Shown in pieces: positions 45,034-53,047 of a stretch of 64,000 bases of DNA (positions are counted from its first letter, which is position 1; every line of letters starts with the position of its first letter). Origin of the DNA: an uncultured Methanomassiliicoccales archaeon. Its GTDB lineage: Archaea; Thermoplasmatota; Thermoplasmata; Methanomassiliicoccales; UBA472. The position numbers were made by a program, and so were the translations under genes. The notes beneath the pieces are model-generated. The model worked only from the letters and a program-made list of their open reading frames with translations, was not told the DNA's origin and did no database searches. The DNA lies in assembly GCA_963732855.1 (NCBI GenBank), contig CAVTBB010000005.1, positions 139,821 through 203,820 on the forward strand. Direction: 5' to 3'.

Positions 45034-47658
45034 ATGGCACAATACGAGGCGGTACCGACAGAGAGGAAATGGCAGTCGAAATGGAAGGAGTGGGAGATCT
45101 ACAAGTTCGACCAGGACTCCGACGCTCCGGTCTATTCCATCGACAACCCGCCGCGGTACGCGTCCGGTTCGCTGCACCTGGGGCATGCCACCGGTTATTC
45201 GCTCATCGATTTCACCGCCCGGTACCACCGGATGAGAGGTTACAACGTCATGTTCCCGCTTTGTTTCGACGTCAACGGGACTCCGGTCGAAGTGAAGGTG
45301 GAGAAGAAGTACGGTATTACGAAGTTGACGAAACCGCGTCAGGAGTACATCAAGCTGTGCGAGGAATACGCCAACACCTTCATCGACGAGATGACCAAGC
45401 AGTTCGAGATACTCGGCGAGTCGATGGACCCCAGCGTCTACTATCAGACCGACGCTCCTTACTACCGCCGTATAACGCAGATCTCGTTCCTGCATATGCT
45501 GAAGAAGGGATTGGCGTACAAAGGCAAGTACCCGGTCAACTGGTGCCCGCGCTGCATCACGGCGTTGGCCGATGCCGAGGTCGAGTACCAGGAAGGCGTG
45601 ACCAACCTCAACTACATCAAGTTCAAGGTGGCTGGCTCGGACGAGCACATCGTGATAGCGACGACGAGACCGGAGCTCATCTGCACCTGCCAGACGATAG
45701 CGGTCCATCCGAAGGATGCCAGCCTAGCTCATCTGGTCGGCAAGGAGATCGAGACACCGATATTCAACAAGAAGGTCAAGATCATCGCCGACGACAAGGT
45801 CGATCCGAAATTTGGTTCAGGCATCGTCATGATCTGCACCATCGGCGACAAGACTGACCTGGAATGGGTGATGAAGTACAAACTGCCGCTGGACAAGGGG
45901 ATCGACGAGCAGGGCAAGATGACCGAGCTGGCCGGCCCATTCACCGGCATGAAGGTGAAGGAAGCCCGGGCCGCCGCCATCGAACTGCTGAAGAAGGATG
46001 GACTCATAATAAAGCAGGAGGTGCAGCCGCAGAACGTCTCGGTGTGCTGGAGATGCCACGAGACGATCGAGTACCTGCAGGTGGAGCAATGGTTCGTCAA
46101 GATCATGGACTTCAAGAAGGAGGTCATGGAGAAGGCGGACGAGATACAGTGGTTCCCCGAGTTCATGAAGGTGCGGCTGCGGGACTGGGTCGAATCGCTG
46201 CAATGGGACTGGGTCATTTCCCGTCAGCGATATTTCGCTACGCCCATACCGGTCTGGGAGTGCGATTCGTGCAAGCACGTGGTGGCGGCGGAGGAGAAGG
46301 ACTGCTACATCGATCCGACGGTCACGCCCGCTCCGTTCGACAAGTGCCCCAAGTGCGGCACCGGAAAGCTCGTGGGCTGCCCGGACGTGTTCGATACCTG
46401 GATGGATTCGTCCGTCTCACCGCTCTACAACACCTTCTGGAAGAGGGACGAGGCCAAGTTCAAAAAGTTGTATCCGATGTCCGTGCGGACGCAGTCGCAC
46501 GACATCATCCGGACGTGGGCGTTCTACACTATACTGCGTGAGTATCTCATCACCGGGCAGATCCCGTGGAAGGACATCATGATCCACGGGTTCATCATGT
46601 CGCCGGACGGGACGCCGATGCACACGTCCGCAGGCAACGTCATCGACCCGATGCCGCTGCTGGAGACGTACGGCACGGACGCCATGCGGTACTACGCCTG
46701 CACCTGCGCCCTCGGCGAAGATAACGCATTCAGGGAGAAGGACGTCATCCACGGCAAGAAGCTTGCGACGAAAATGTGGAACCTGGGCAAGTTCGTGGAG
46801 ATGGTGGTCAAAGAAAAGCCTAAGGAAGAAGGGCTGCACCTGATCGACAAGTGGATATTGTCCAAGTTCTCGAAGATGGTTCTGGCGACGACGGAATGCT
46901 ACGACCATTACCTGTTCGACAAGGCGATGAAGGAAGTAGAGCAGTTCGCCTGGCACGAGTTCGCCGATCACTACGTGGAGATGGTGAAGTCGAGGGTGAA
47001 GGACGATTACGATGAAGGCGTTCGCTACACGCTTTACACCGTCTACCTGGGCATCATCAAGATGATGGCACCCATGATGCCGCACGTGACCGAGGACGCG
47101 TATCAATCCGGATTCGCTTCATTGGACGGAAGCAAGAGCATCCATGTGGCAAAATGGCCGACGGCGGTCCTATCCGATGAGCAGGCGGAGAAGGACGGTG
47201 ACCTGATCCGTGACGTGATCGGAGCGATACGTACCTACAAGTCGGAAAGGAAGCTCTCCCTCAACTCGGAGATCGAGATGGTGGAGATCATCGGGGACGC
47301 CTCGGACAAGTTCGTCGGTTCGGAGATGGACATTTCCTCGACAGTAAGAGCGAAGGAGCTAAAACTGGCATCGAAGCTGAACCTGGAGGAGAAGGTCATA
47401 GCGCTGAAGCCGCTGCTGGCGAAGATCGGGCCAACGTTCAAGCAGAAGGCGAAGGAGGTCACGGACCGCATCAAGGCGCTGGACACCGAGAAGGACGCTG
47501 ACGCAGTAGCTAACGGTACCTACGAGTTCGAACTTTCCGACGGAACGAAGGTAACGCTGAGCCGTGAGTTCGTCGACATCGAGAAGAAGATGACGCTCCA
47601 GGGCAAAGCGGTCGACACCGTCCAGGTCGGGGAATTGCTCATCGCCATCCAGCCATGA
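45034..47658 (+). CDS. valS: valine--tRNA ligase (class I), KMSKS loop degenerate
   Basis: It has the HIGH motif SLHLGH, a CP1 editing insertion, zinc-knuckle Cys pairs (CPRC, CWRCH, CDSC, CPKC), and the anticodon-binding block DKWILSKF...FAWHEFADHYVEMVK typical of ValRS. The start is set to MAQYEAVPTERKWQ. Confidence 0.75.
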   Translation: MAQYEAVPTERKWQSKWKEWEIYKFDQDSDAPVYSIDNPPRYASGSLHLGHATGYSLIDFTARYHRMRGYNVMFPLCFDVNGTPVEVKVEKKYGITKLTKPRQEYIKLCEEYANTFIDEMTKQFEILGESMDPSVYYQTDAPYYRRITQISFLHMLKKGLAYKGKYPVNWCPRCITALADAEVEYQEGVTNLNYIKFKVAGSDEHIVIATTRPELICTCQTIAVHPKDASLAHLVGKEIETPIFNKKVKIIADDKVDPKFGSGIVMICTIGDKTDLEWVMKYKLPLDKGIDEQGKMTELAGPFTGMKVKEARAAAIELLKKDGLIIKQEVQPQNVSVCWRCHETIEYLQVEQWFVKIMDFKKEVMEKADEIQWFPEFMKVRLRDWVESLQWDWVISRQRYFATPIPVWECDSCKHVVAAEEKDCYIDPTVTPAPFDKCPKCGTGKLVGCPDVFDTWMDSSVSPLYNTFWKRDEAKFKKLYPMSVRTQSHDIIRTWAFYTILREYLITGQIPWKDIMIHGFIMSPDGTPMHTSAGNVIDPMPLLETYGTDAMRYYACTCALGEDNAFREKDVIHGKKLATKMWNLGKFVEMVVKEKPKEEGLHLIDKWILSKFSKMVLATTECYDHYLFDKAMKEVEQFAWHEFADHYVEMVKSRVKDDYDEGVRYTLYTVYLGIIKMMAPMMPHVTEDAYQSGFASLDGSKSIHVAKWPTAVLSDEQAEKDGDLIRDVIGAIRTYKSERKLSLNSEIEMVEIIGDASDKFVGSEMDISSTVRAKELKLASKLNLEEKVIALKPLLAKIGPTFKQKAKEVTDRIKALDTEKDADAVANGTYEFELSDGTKVTLSREFVDIEKKMTLQGKAVDTVQVGELLIAIQP

Positions 47659-47696
47659 AGAAACCAAACCGTTTTCCTTTTCTCTCCTTTTATTGA

Positions 47697-48074
47697 TCAT
47701 CTCTGTGCGACGATCGCGATGAACCATATCGCGAATGCCGCTCCCAGAAGGATTAGGCCGGATTGAAGGTGGCCGATGATAGTGAAACCCGAGAGGAAAG
47801 CGAACATCATGCCGATGATGCCTAGCCCGCCGCATACACGATAGCCGCGCCACATCGTCTTGATCGGCTTGATGATCGAGTCGTGCATCAACCAGACAAT
47901 GACCAGGAGCGCAAAGATAGCGGCATACTGGACATACTGCTCGGTCTCATTGATAAGTGTGTTAAAAAGAACGCCGCCCGGGCTGAATCCCAAAGATCCG
48001 AAAAGACCGAAGGTGAACATCGAGATTATCGGTTTTACCGAACGATACCGTCTCCTACGTCTAACTATTCCCAT
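47697..48074 (-). CDS. hypothetical 4-TM membrane protein
   Basis: It has four hydrophobic segments. I recognised no family. Confidence 0.5.
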   Translation of the reverse strand: MGIVRRRRRYRSVKPIISMFTFGLFGSLGFSPGGVLFNTLINETEQYVQYAAIFALLVIVWLMHDSIIKPIKTMWRGYRVCGGLGIIGMMFAFLSGFTIIGHLQSGLILLGAAFAIWFIAIVAQR

Positions 48075-48214
48075 CCCAAGATGAGAATGCGTTTCTCTAT
48101 TATAAATGGATGAAACGAGCTATATTTTTCTGCGATTTACTTGGCGATGGGTGTGCCAGTTAGCGACAATAAGTTTAAATGGGATTTGCCTATTCGTGGA
48201 TAGGCACACACCGT

Positions 48215-48287
48215 GTGGGCGTAGTGTAGCTGGTTATCACTCGTGCTTGCCAAGCACGAGACTCGGGTTCGAATCCCGACGCCCGCA
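48215..48287 (+). tRNA. tRNA-Gly (GCC)
   Basis: The sequence is GUGGGCG-UA-...-CGUGC UUGCCAA GCACG-AGAC-UCGGG UUCGAAU CCCGA-CGCCCGC-A. The acceptor (one G-U), anticodon and T arms pair, and the anticodon is GCC. CCA is not encoded. Confidence 0.85.
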
Positions 48288-48413
48288 CTTCTTGTCATAT
48301 CCATTACCCAAGGATGTTTCTATGATTGGCCTACGATACGATATGAAGCAACATCGTTGCCGGCGATCTTATCTTGCCGCAATCCTGGTTTGTTAGGAAA
48401 TAGCCGGGTCTAT

Positions 48414-48656
48414 TCAATCCATGTAGAACACCTCGGTCACGTTCTTACCCGATTCGGTTATCTCCGGATGCTTCCTGTGACCTTCCTTCCCGTTGACCCA
48501 TCCCTGCTTGATCCACCCGTCGATGAAGTGCCTGGAATAGTACATCTTAGCCGCCTGGAGCCCCTCCCTCTTAAGATTCTCCGGCTGATGTTCCCATACG
48601 CCGGCTTCGGTCAGCGCCTTGATCATCTCACCGTACTTCGTGCTCTTCTTGCTCAC
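48414..48656 (-). CDS. small protein, possible winged-helix module
   Basis: It is 80 aa. The segment MYYSRHFIDGWIKQGWVNGKEGHRKHPEITESGKNV resembles a wHTH wing (L/ITExGK). It lies 20 nt downstream of the CARF-like gene. Confidence 0.4.
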   Translation of the reverse strand: MSKKSTKYGEMIKALTEAGVWEHQPENLKREGLQAAKMYYSRHFIDGWIKQGWVNGKEGHRKHPEITESGKNVTEVFYMD

Positions 48657-48676
48657 TATCCTTTCACGCAGGATCC

Positions 48677-49282
48677 TCAGCCCCAGACCAGGTCCCGGGG
48701 CGGCATTTCGATCGGGAACACCGGGAGCGGGACCGGGTCACGGACCTCTTTAGCGTTTCCAACTGGTTTGTCGTTCTCAAAGTAAGCTTTGCGTATCCCT
48801 TCCTCGTTAGGGATAGTGTACTTTTTCACATGGACGGTGAACGGTTTCACACCCTCGACCATCATCGCCGCCACGGTCGCCGCCGCGGCAAATTCAGACG
48901 TGCCAGCCGATATGTTGACGTAGACATCATTTCCTTCCACCCGTTCCTTGGTCATGATGGAGACCAGCTTTTCGAGGAGAATGCTGAACCGGTAGACCTC
49001 GATATTGACCTCTTCGACCTGGTCAATGCCCTTATCTTTCAATGACCTGACGACCTCATCATAGAACTCCGCATAGACGGTCCCGGGGTTCCCAAAATGA
49101 AGGATGTAGATCTTTTCCGCCTTGATGTAATCGATCGGTTGCGTCACCTTCACAGTCTCGAACGTGACGCAGCAGATCATCACCCGGCGTTGGGCCTTCA
49201 TCGGCATTAGGGCGTTGGACCGTTCCTTATCCGCCTTGTTTACCTTCCCGTCCTTCGAGTTTACCTCTGCGACCGACTGCAT
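48677..49282 (-). CDS. CARF-like / DUF6293-like Rossmann sensor domain protein (no fused HTH)
   Basis: The beta-alpha pattern RRVMICCVTFE...IYILHFG...DVYVNISAGTSEFAAAATVAAMM resembles the CARF/Csa3-like N-domain of HFX_2341-type regulators. This is a recollection-level match only. Confidence 0.45.
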   Translation of the reverse strand: MQSVAEVNSKDGKVNKADKERSNALMPMKAQRRVMICCVTFETVKVTQPIDYIKAEKIYILHFGNPGTVYAEFYDEVVRSLKDKGIDQVEEVNIEVYRFSILLEKLVSIMTKERVEGNDVYVNISAGTSEFAAAATVAAMMVEGVKPFTVHVKKYTIPNEEGIRKAYFENDKPVGNAKEVRDPVPLPVFPIEMPPRDLVWG

Positions 49283-49309
49283 CCTATCATCTCGATAACA
49301 ATTATAACG

Positions 49310-49327
49310 ATTATAACGTTATATAAA
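49310..49327 (-). promoter_or_regulatory. TATA box (TTTATATA, minus) abutting palindrome TATAACGTTATA and a tandem ATTATAACG repeat
   Basis: The minus strand reads TTTATATAACGTTATAATCGTTATAAT, ~40 nt upstream of the ATG at 49282. The 13-mer attataacgttat recurs at 62308..62320. Confidence 0.4.
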
Positions 49328-49388
49328 TTATCTTCCTGAGACCGATTCTGAGGCTGCCAACGCCCTCTGGGATTAGAGGCTAAGCAGC

Positions 49389-50189
49389 TCAAACCCTCAG
49401 CTGTCTCACCACTCCGACATACGTCTCCTTGTCTATGCCTAGGTGGTGGGCGGCTTTTTCCGCCACTTCATCATTGATGGCGTTCAGCGCTCTTCGACAA
49501 TACTCTGGATATTCCATTCGGACCGCGGAGAGTATCTCCCGGAAATTGATTTTTGAATGCCAAATTATGGCGTAAATGTCGCAGGCGTCCTTCCAGAGCT
49601 TGTCCTCCTTCGTCCGATCAGGCATAGCCTTAAGTTTGGTGGCAAGCAGGATGTGAGGCGGGGGAATGATCACCCTGGCGCTATTGATCGTTTCTGGAAT
49701 ACCACATTTCTCTTCGAACACTCGTGAAATGAATGGTTCGTCCATCGGGTCGGCCCTGAAGTATTGTCTGTGCTTTGGATGTACGTTGTCCACCATCATG
49801 TCGACATACAGATAGATCATGTCATACAGGTTCATACTGCTGGCCGCCCTCTCGTCAATCGTTTCTCCGGTGTCCCTTCTGATGATCCTACAATAACGGA
49901 AAGATCCATGGGGCTTATAGCCGACCCTGTCGAGGACCGCAAGAGCCTTTGCGTAAGTGCAATTTTGCAGGGCTTCATCATCGCAATCGGCGTCAACGTG
50001 AAATCCAAGGTCGATATCCTTTGAACCGAGATAGGGAACGCCTTGTTCTTTCCGATAAGATTCGTTCACGGTGAGGTATACTGCCCATCCTCCGATCAGA
50101 AGGAATGGTTCCGGCAATTCTTTAGATAGAGCTTCCAGCGCCTCCAAGGCGGTGTCCGTCTCTTGCCGGTCGTAGAGCTGAACCGTCAT
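49389..50189 (-). CDS. nucleotidyltransferase, AbiEii/DUF1814-like (type IV TA toxin family)
   Basis: It has the NTase core LLIGGWAVYL...GSKDIDLGF and the downstream KDACDIYAI motif typical of AbiEii. It overlaps the upstream wHTH gene by 4 nt. Confidence 0.6.
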   Translation of the reverse strand: MTVQLYDRQETDTALEALEALSKELPEPFLLIGGWAVYLTVNESYRKEQGVPYLGSKDIDLGFHVDADCDDEALQNCTYAKALAVLDRVGYKPHGSFRYCRIIRRDTGETIDERAASSMNLYDMIYLYVDMMVDNVHPKHRQYFRADPMDEPFISRVFEEKCGIPETINSARVIIPPPHILLATKLKAMPDRTKEDKLWKDACDIYAIIWHSKINFREILSAVRMEYPEYCRRALNAINDEVAEKAAHHLGIDKETYVGVVRQLRV

Positions 50190-50800
50190 AGATACACCTT
50201 CCTTACCAGGTTATCGGCGGCCTCGGCGCACTCCGAACCCGTCCGGTAAAGGTCCACTATCAGTTGCTGTATGGATACTACTGGCCATCCCTGCACCTCA
50301 TACTTCTCGAAGAAGACCTGCTCATCTGAAATGATGACCCTGAGATTCCCCTTCCCGACGTATCCGTTCGCGATCAGACAGGAGTGCCATTTCATGGCAT
50401 CCTTCCTTTTGATATAGATTTCGTGGTATCGAGGAAATAGATAGTGACCGACCAGGTTCTCCGCGAAGTACCCAGTAAATGCATAGTCCATTACTGAGTT
50501 CTTCAGGACCGATTCAGGGTCCTGGAGGTGGTATTCCCTGAAGACCCGGTTGTCCTTCCTTCCCGCCCATTCCATGAAGATCCCTTTCGGATCTTTCAAT
50601 TTGCCGTCCGCAATAAGCGATTCCTTCTTCAATTGAGTCAAAATTCGATGTGCCCAGCTATAGCTTACATCGGCCTCTTTCGCTATCCGGTACCATGTCA
50701 GGTTGGAAATCTTGCGGCTGAGGAGGATGCGGTATATCCGTTCGACCTTGTCCCCGCTAGCATTATGGGGATCTAAGGACGTGATTCTCACATATATCAC
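50186..50800 (-). CDS. AbiEi-like wHTH antitoxin/transcriptional regulator
   Basis: It has an N-terminal wHTH (NLTWYRIAKEADVSYSWAHRILTQLKKESLI) plus a C-terminal domain ending in VVSIQQLIVDLYRTG, as in AbiEi-type proteins. It is the first gene of the pair. Confidence 0.5.
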   Translation of the reverse strand: MIYVRITSLDPHNASGDKVERIYRILLSRKISNLTWYRIAKEADVSYSWAHRILTQLKKESLIADGKLKDPKGIFMEWAGRKDNRVFREYHLQDPESVLKNSVMDYAFTGYFAENLVGHYLFPRYHEIYIKRKDAMKWHSCLIANGYVGKGNLRVIISDEQVFFEKYEVQGWPVVSIQQLIVDLYRTGSECAEAADNLVRKVYL

Positions 50801-50820
50801 AAAACATTACAACTATATAA

Positions 50821-50872
50821 AATAGACCGTTATATCTGCTTTATGTTATATTATATATAATAGACCGATATA
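50821..50872. promoter_or_regulatory. pair of 14-nt direct repeats AATAGACCG[T/A]TATA in the abiEi / 50918 divergent promoter region
   Basis: The copies are at 50821..50834 and 50859..50872, with one mismatch. They flank a TATA-rich stretch. Confidence 0.4.
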
Positions 50873-50917
50873 GCATACTTATCCAGTTGAAGTATTGGCA
50901 AACGATGAAAGTCAAAT

Positions 50918-52205
50918 ATGGCCAACTCCTGGAAATGGAACAAACAACAGCGAGTAGAAATTCAGAAATATGCTGAAAATGAATCATCTTCGATCTATAT
51001 GAGATCCGTCCAGGACAATTCCGGCAGCAACATCGACGATGCGGTCGAGCTTCGCATCCAGGTGAAGGACAGGAAGCCACCGGTATGGAGACGGGTCATC
51101 GTCCACCCCGACACCGACCTCAAAGAATTGCATCGCCTGATCTCCGTCCTCCTGGGATGGAAAGAGGGACGCAGTCATCATTTCGAATTCCGAGGCAGCA
51201 CGCTTCATCCGGAAGGGATCGAGAACGAGACCCGTCGGATCTCTAAGTTCGCCGTGGGAGCCGTCCTGGTCCATTTCATTGACGAAAAAGAAGGGCCGGA
51301 GTGCAGCGTCATGGTCGTCAGGAAGGACCGCGAACGGACGGACCGATTGCCATTCCTCATCGACGGAATGAGGATGATGGACGGCACGGAAAAGGATCCT
51401 TACGATATTCTCATCGAAGAGATCGAGGCGAAGCTGAAGTCATTTCGCAGGCACGATGACAAAGTTCCCGACAAGAACGGCACTTTGGTCGAGCCTTGGC
51501 GGGACAGGGCGCTGACCCGGACGGATGATCTACCGGAGGATTTCGCAAAGATCCAACCTGTCATTGAAAAGTTCATGGCCGGGAAGGGATCGGTCAAACC
51601 CTTGGAACCGGCGTCGGTCAAGGTCCCTCCGGACACGCCGGTCGACATCAGGATCGCTCTCAGGGACATGTCGCTCAAGGTATGGCGGCTCGTGCGCGTC
51701 CGTTCCCAGATAACATTCCACGATTCTGCACCGGATCATCCAGGCATCCTTCGGTTGGGAGGACGCGCACCTGTATGAGTTTGTAGCTGCCGATTCTCAT
51801 ATCCAGTCGTTCGTCGAGGACGAGGTCGGCGATTTTCCCATGGGAATCGATATCATCGACGCCAAGGGCATCAGGCTGAGGGATATCATGACCGGGAAGG
51901 GTTGGTCCATTCCGTACATCTACGATTTTGGGGACGGATGGACGCATACAGTCAAGGTGGTCAAGGTCCATTTGGGAGAGCCTCCGTTGGATCGGCTCGA
52001 ACTGCTGGATGGTGCGGGCGCATGCCCTCCGGAGGACTGCGGCGGTTCCTACGGATATCAGGAACTGATCAACATTCTGAACGATTCGAAGAATCCAGAA
52101 CACAATTCAATGGCAGAGTGGTACGGCGGTAACGAACTGGATCCGGCGAAATTTGACATAGATGCCGCCAGGATCAGGGTCGGATCGCTGAAACGGATGT
52201 CGTAA
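50918..52205 (+). pseudogene. pRiA4b ORF-3-like (two-domain) protein, single +1 frameshift near 51723
   Basis: The C-terminal hallmark is YIYDFGDGWTHTVKVVKV...GAGACPPEDCGGSYGYQEL. The N-terminal part of that domain (VWRLVRVRSQITFHD | LHRIIQASFGWEDAHLYEF) is split between two frames by one extra nucleotide. A degenerate first copy lies at residues ~45-130. Confidence 0.7.
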
Positions 52206-52250
52206 TATAGCTAATAACAACGTGAAGTTAACCGATGATCTGGAGAGAGG

Positions 52251-52880
52251 TCACCGTATCCTGATCGTCAGCTTGCTCTCGAGCTTGCCCTGGCTGCTCC
52301 TGCTGGCCGAATCTAGCAAACGTTCGGCGAACTCACGATACTGGCAGTCCACCGCTTCCATGACGATATCGTCCGAATCCCGGAACGATAGAACAGGTCT
52401 TTACGGATAATGTCGAGCACATCGCCGACATCCGTCGGACCGACCAGCTTGGTCAGAATTACCTCGAACATCAGGGAACCGAAGTGGCCGTCGAACATCG
52501 TCGCCACGCGGTGGCGAACATTTTCTTCTCGTTATTTCTCAACATCCTCACGCGGTCGATGAACAACTGCGAGCAGCGTTCTGCCAGTTGATTGAATCCA
52601 TCGAGATCGTACGAGTAACCCTTGTCTGCCTGTATGCATTCCGAGAACATGTCCAGCGCGCTTTCGGCCTGTACCTTCCCCGGCAGATAGGGGGACATCT
52701 CCTCCAATTATCGCAGAATTTCGCCAATTGGCGTACTGTCTGTTGCGGGTCCCCATCGTCCTTGTGGTCCTCGATGCAATCACTGAAATGCGCCATGAAC
52801 CCGAGGTACCAGTCCGTTAAGTCACCCGGATCTTTCTTCTGCTTCCCGTTCATGTCCGAATACTTTGAATGTCTTTCCAT
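52251..52880 (-). pseudogene. unknown gene broken into at least 4 frame segments
   Basis: Consecutive minus-strand ORF pieces (MERHSKYSDMNGK...AKFCDNW / EEMSPYLPGKVQAESALDMFSECIQ... / ATMFDGHFGSLMFEVILTKLVGPTDVGDVLDIIRKDL / DDIVMEAVDCQYREFAERLLDSA...) read on from one another only after frame changes. Confidence 0.5.
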
Positions 52881-53047
52881 GTCATATTCCGTTCGGTTGT
52901 CCGTCCTTCGACATTCAGACCTTATTGAATAGCGTCTCCCACCAGATGGCCCATGTGCGATCATGGTCCCATCGATCCGGGGACGGTTGGTCCTTAGCCT
53001 TTGAAAATTCATAAACTTTGATAATCTGGGTCCCCATTCCGTTATCC

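Noticed and set aside
50918-52880. I considered that the split ORFs might reflect in-frame UAG (pyrrolysine) read-through, which is plausible in a Pyl-using methanogen lineage.
   Set aside because: The junctions need changes of reading frame, not read-through. The breaks I checked end in TGA or lie upstream of the stop, and the one TAG (52313) is followed in-frame by nonsense while the sensible continuation is in another frame. No mtmB/mtbB/mttB-type gene is present in the window.
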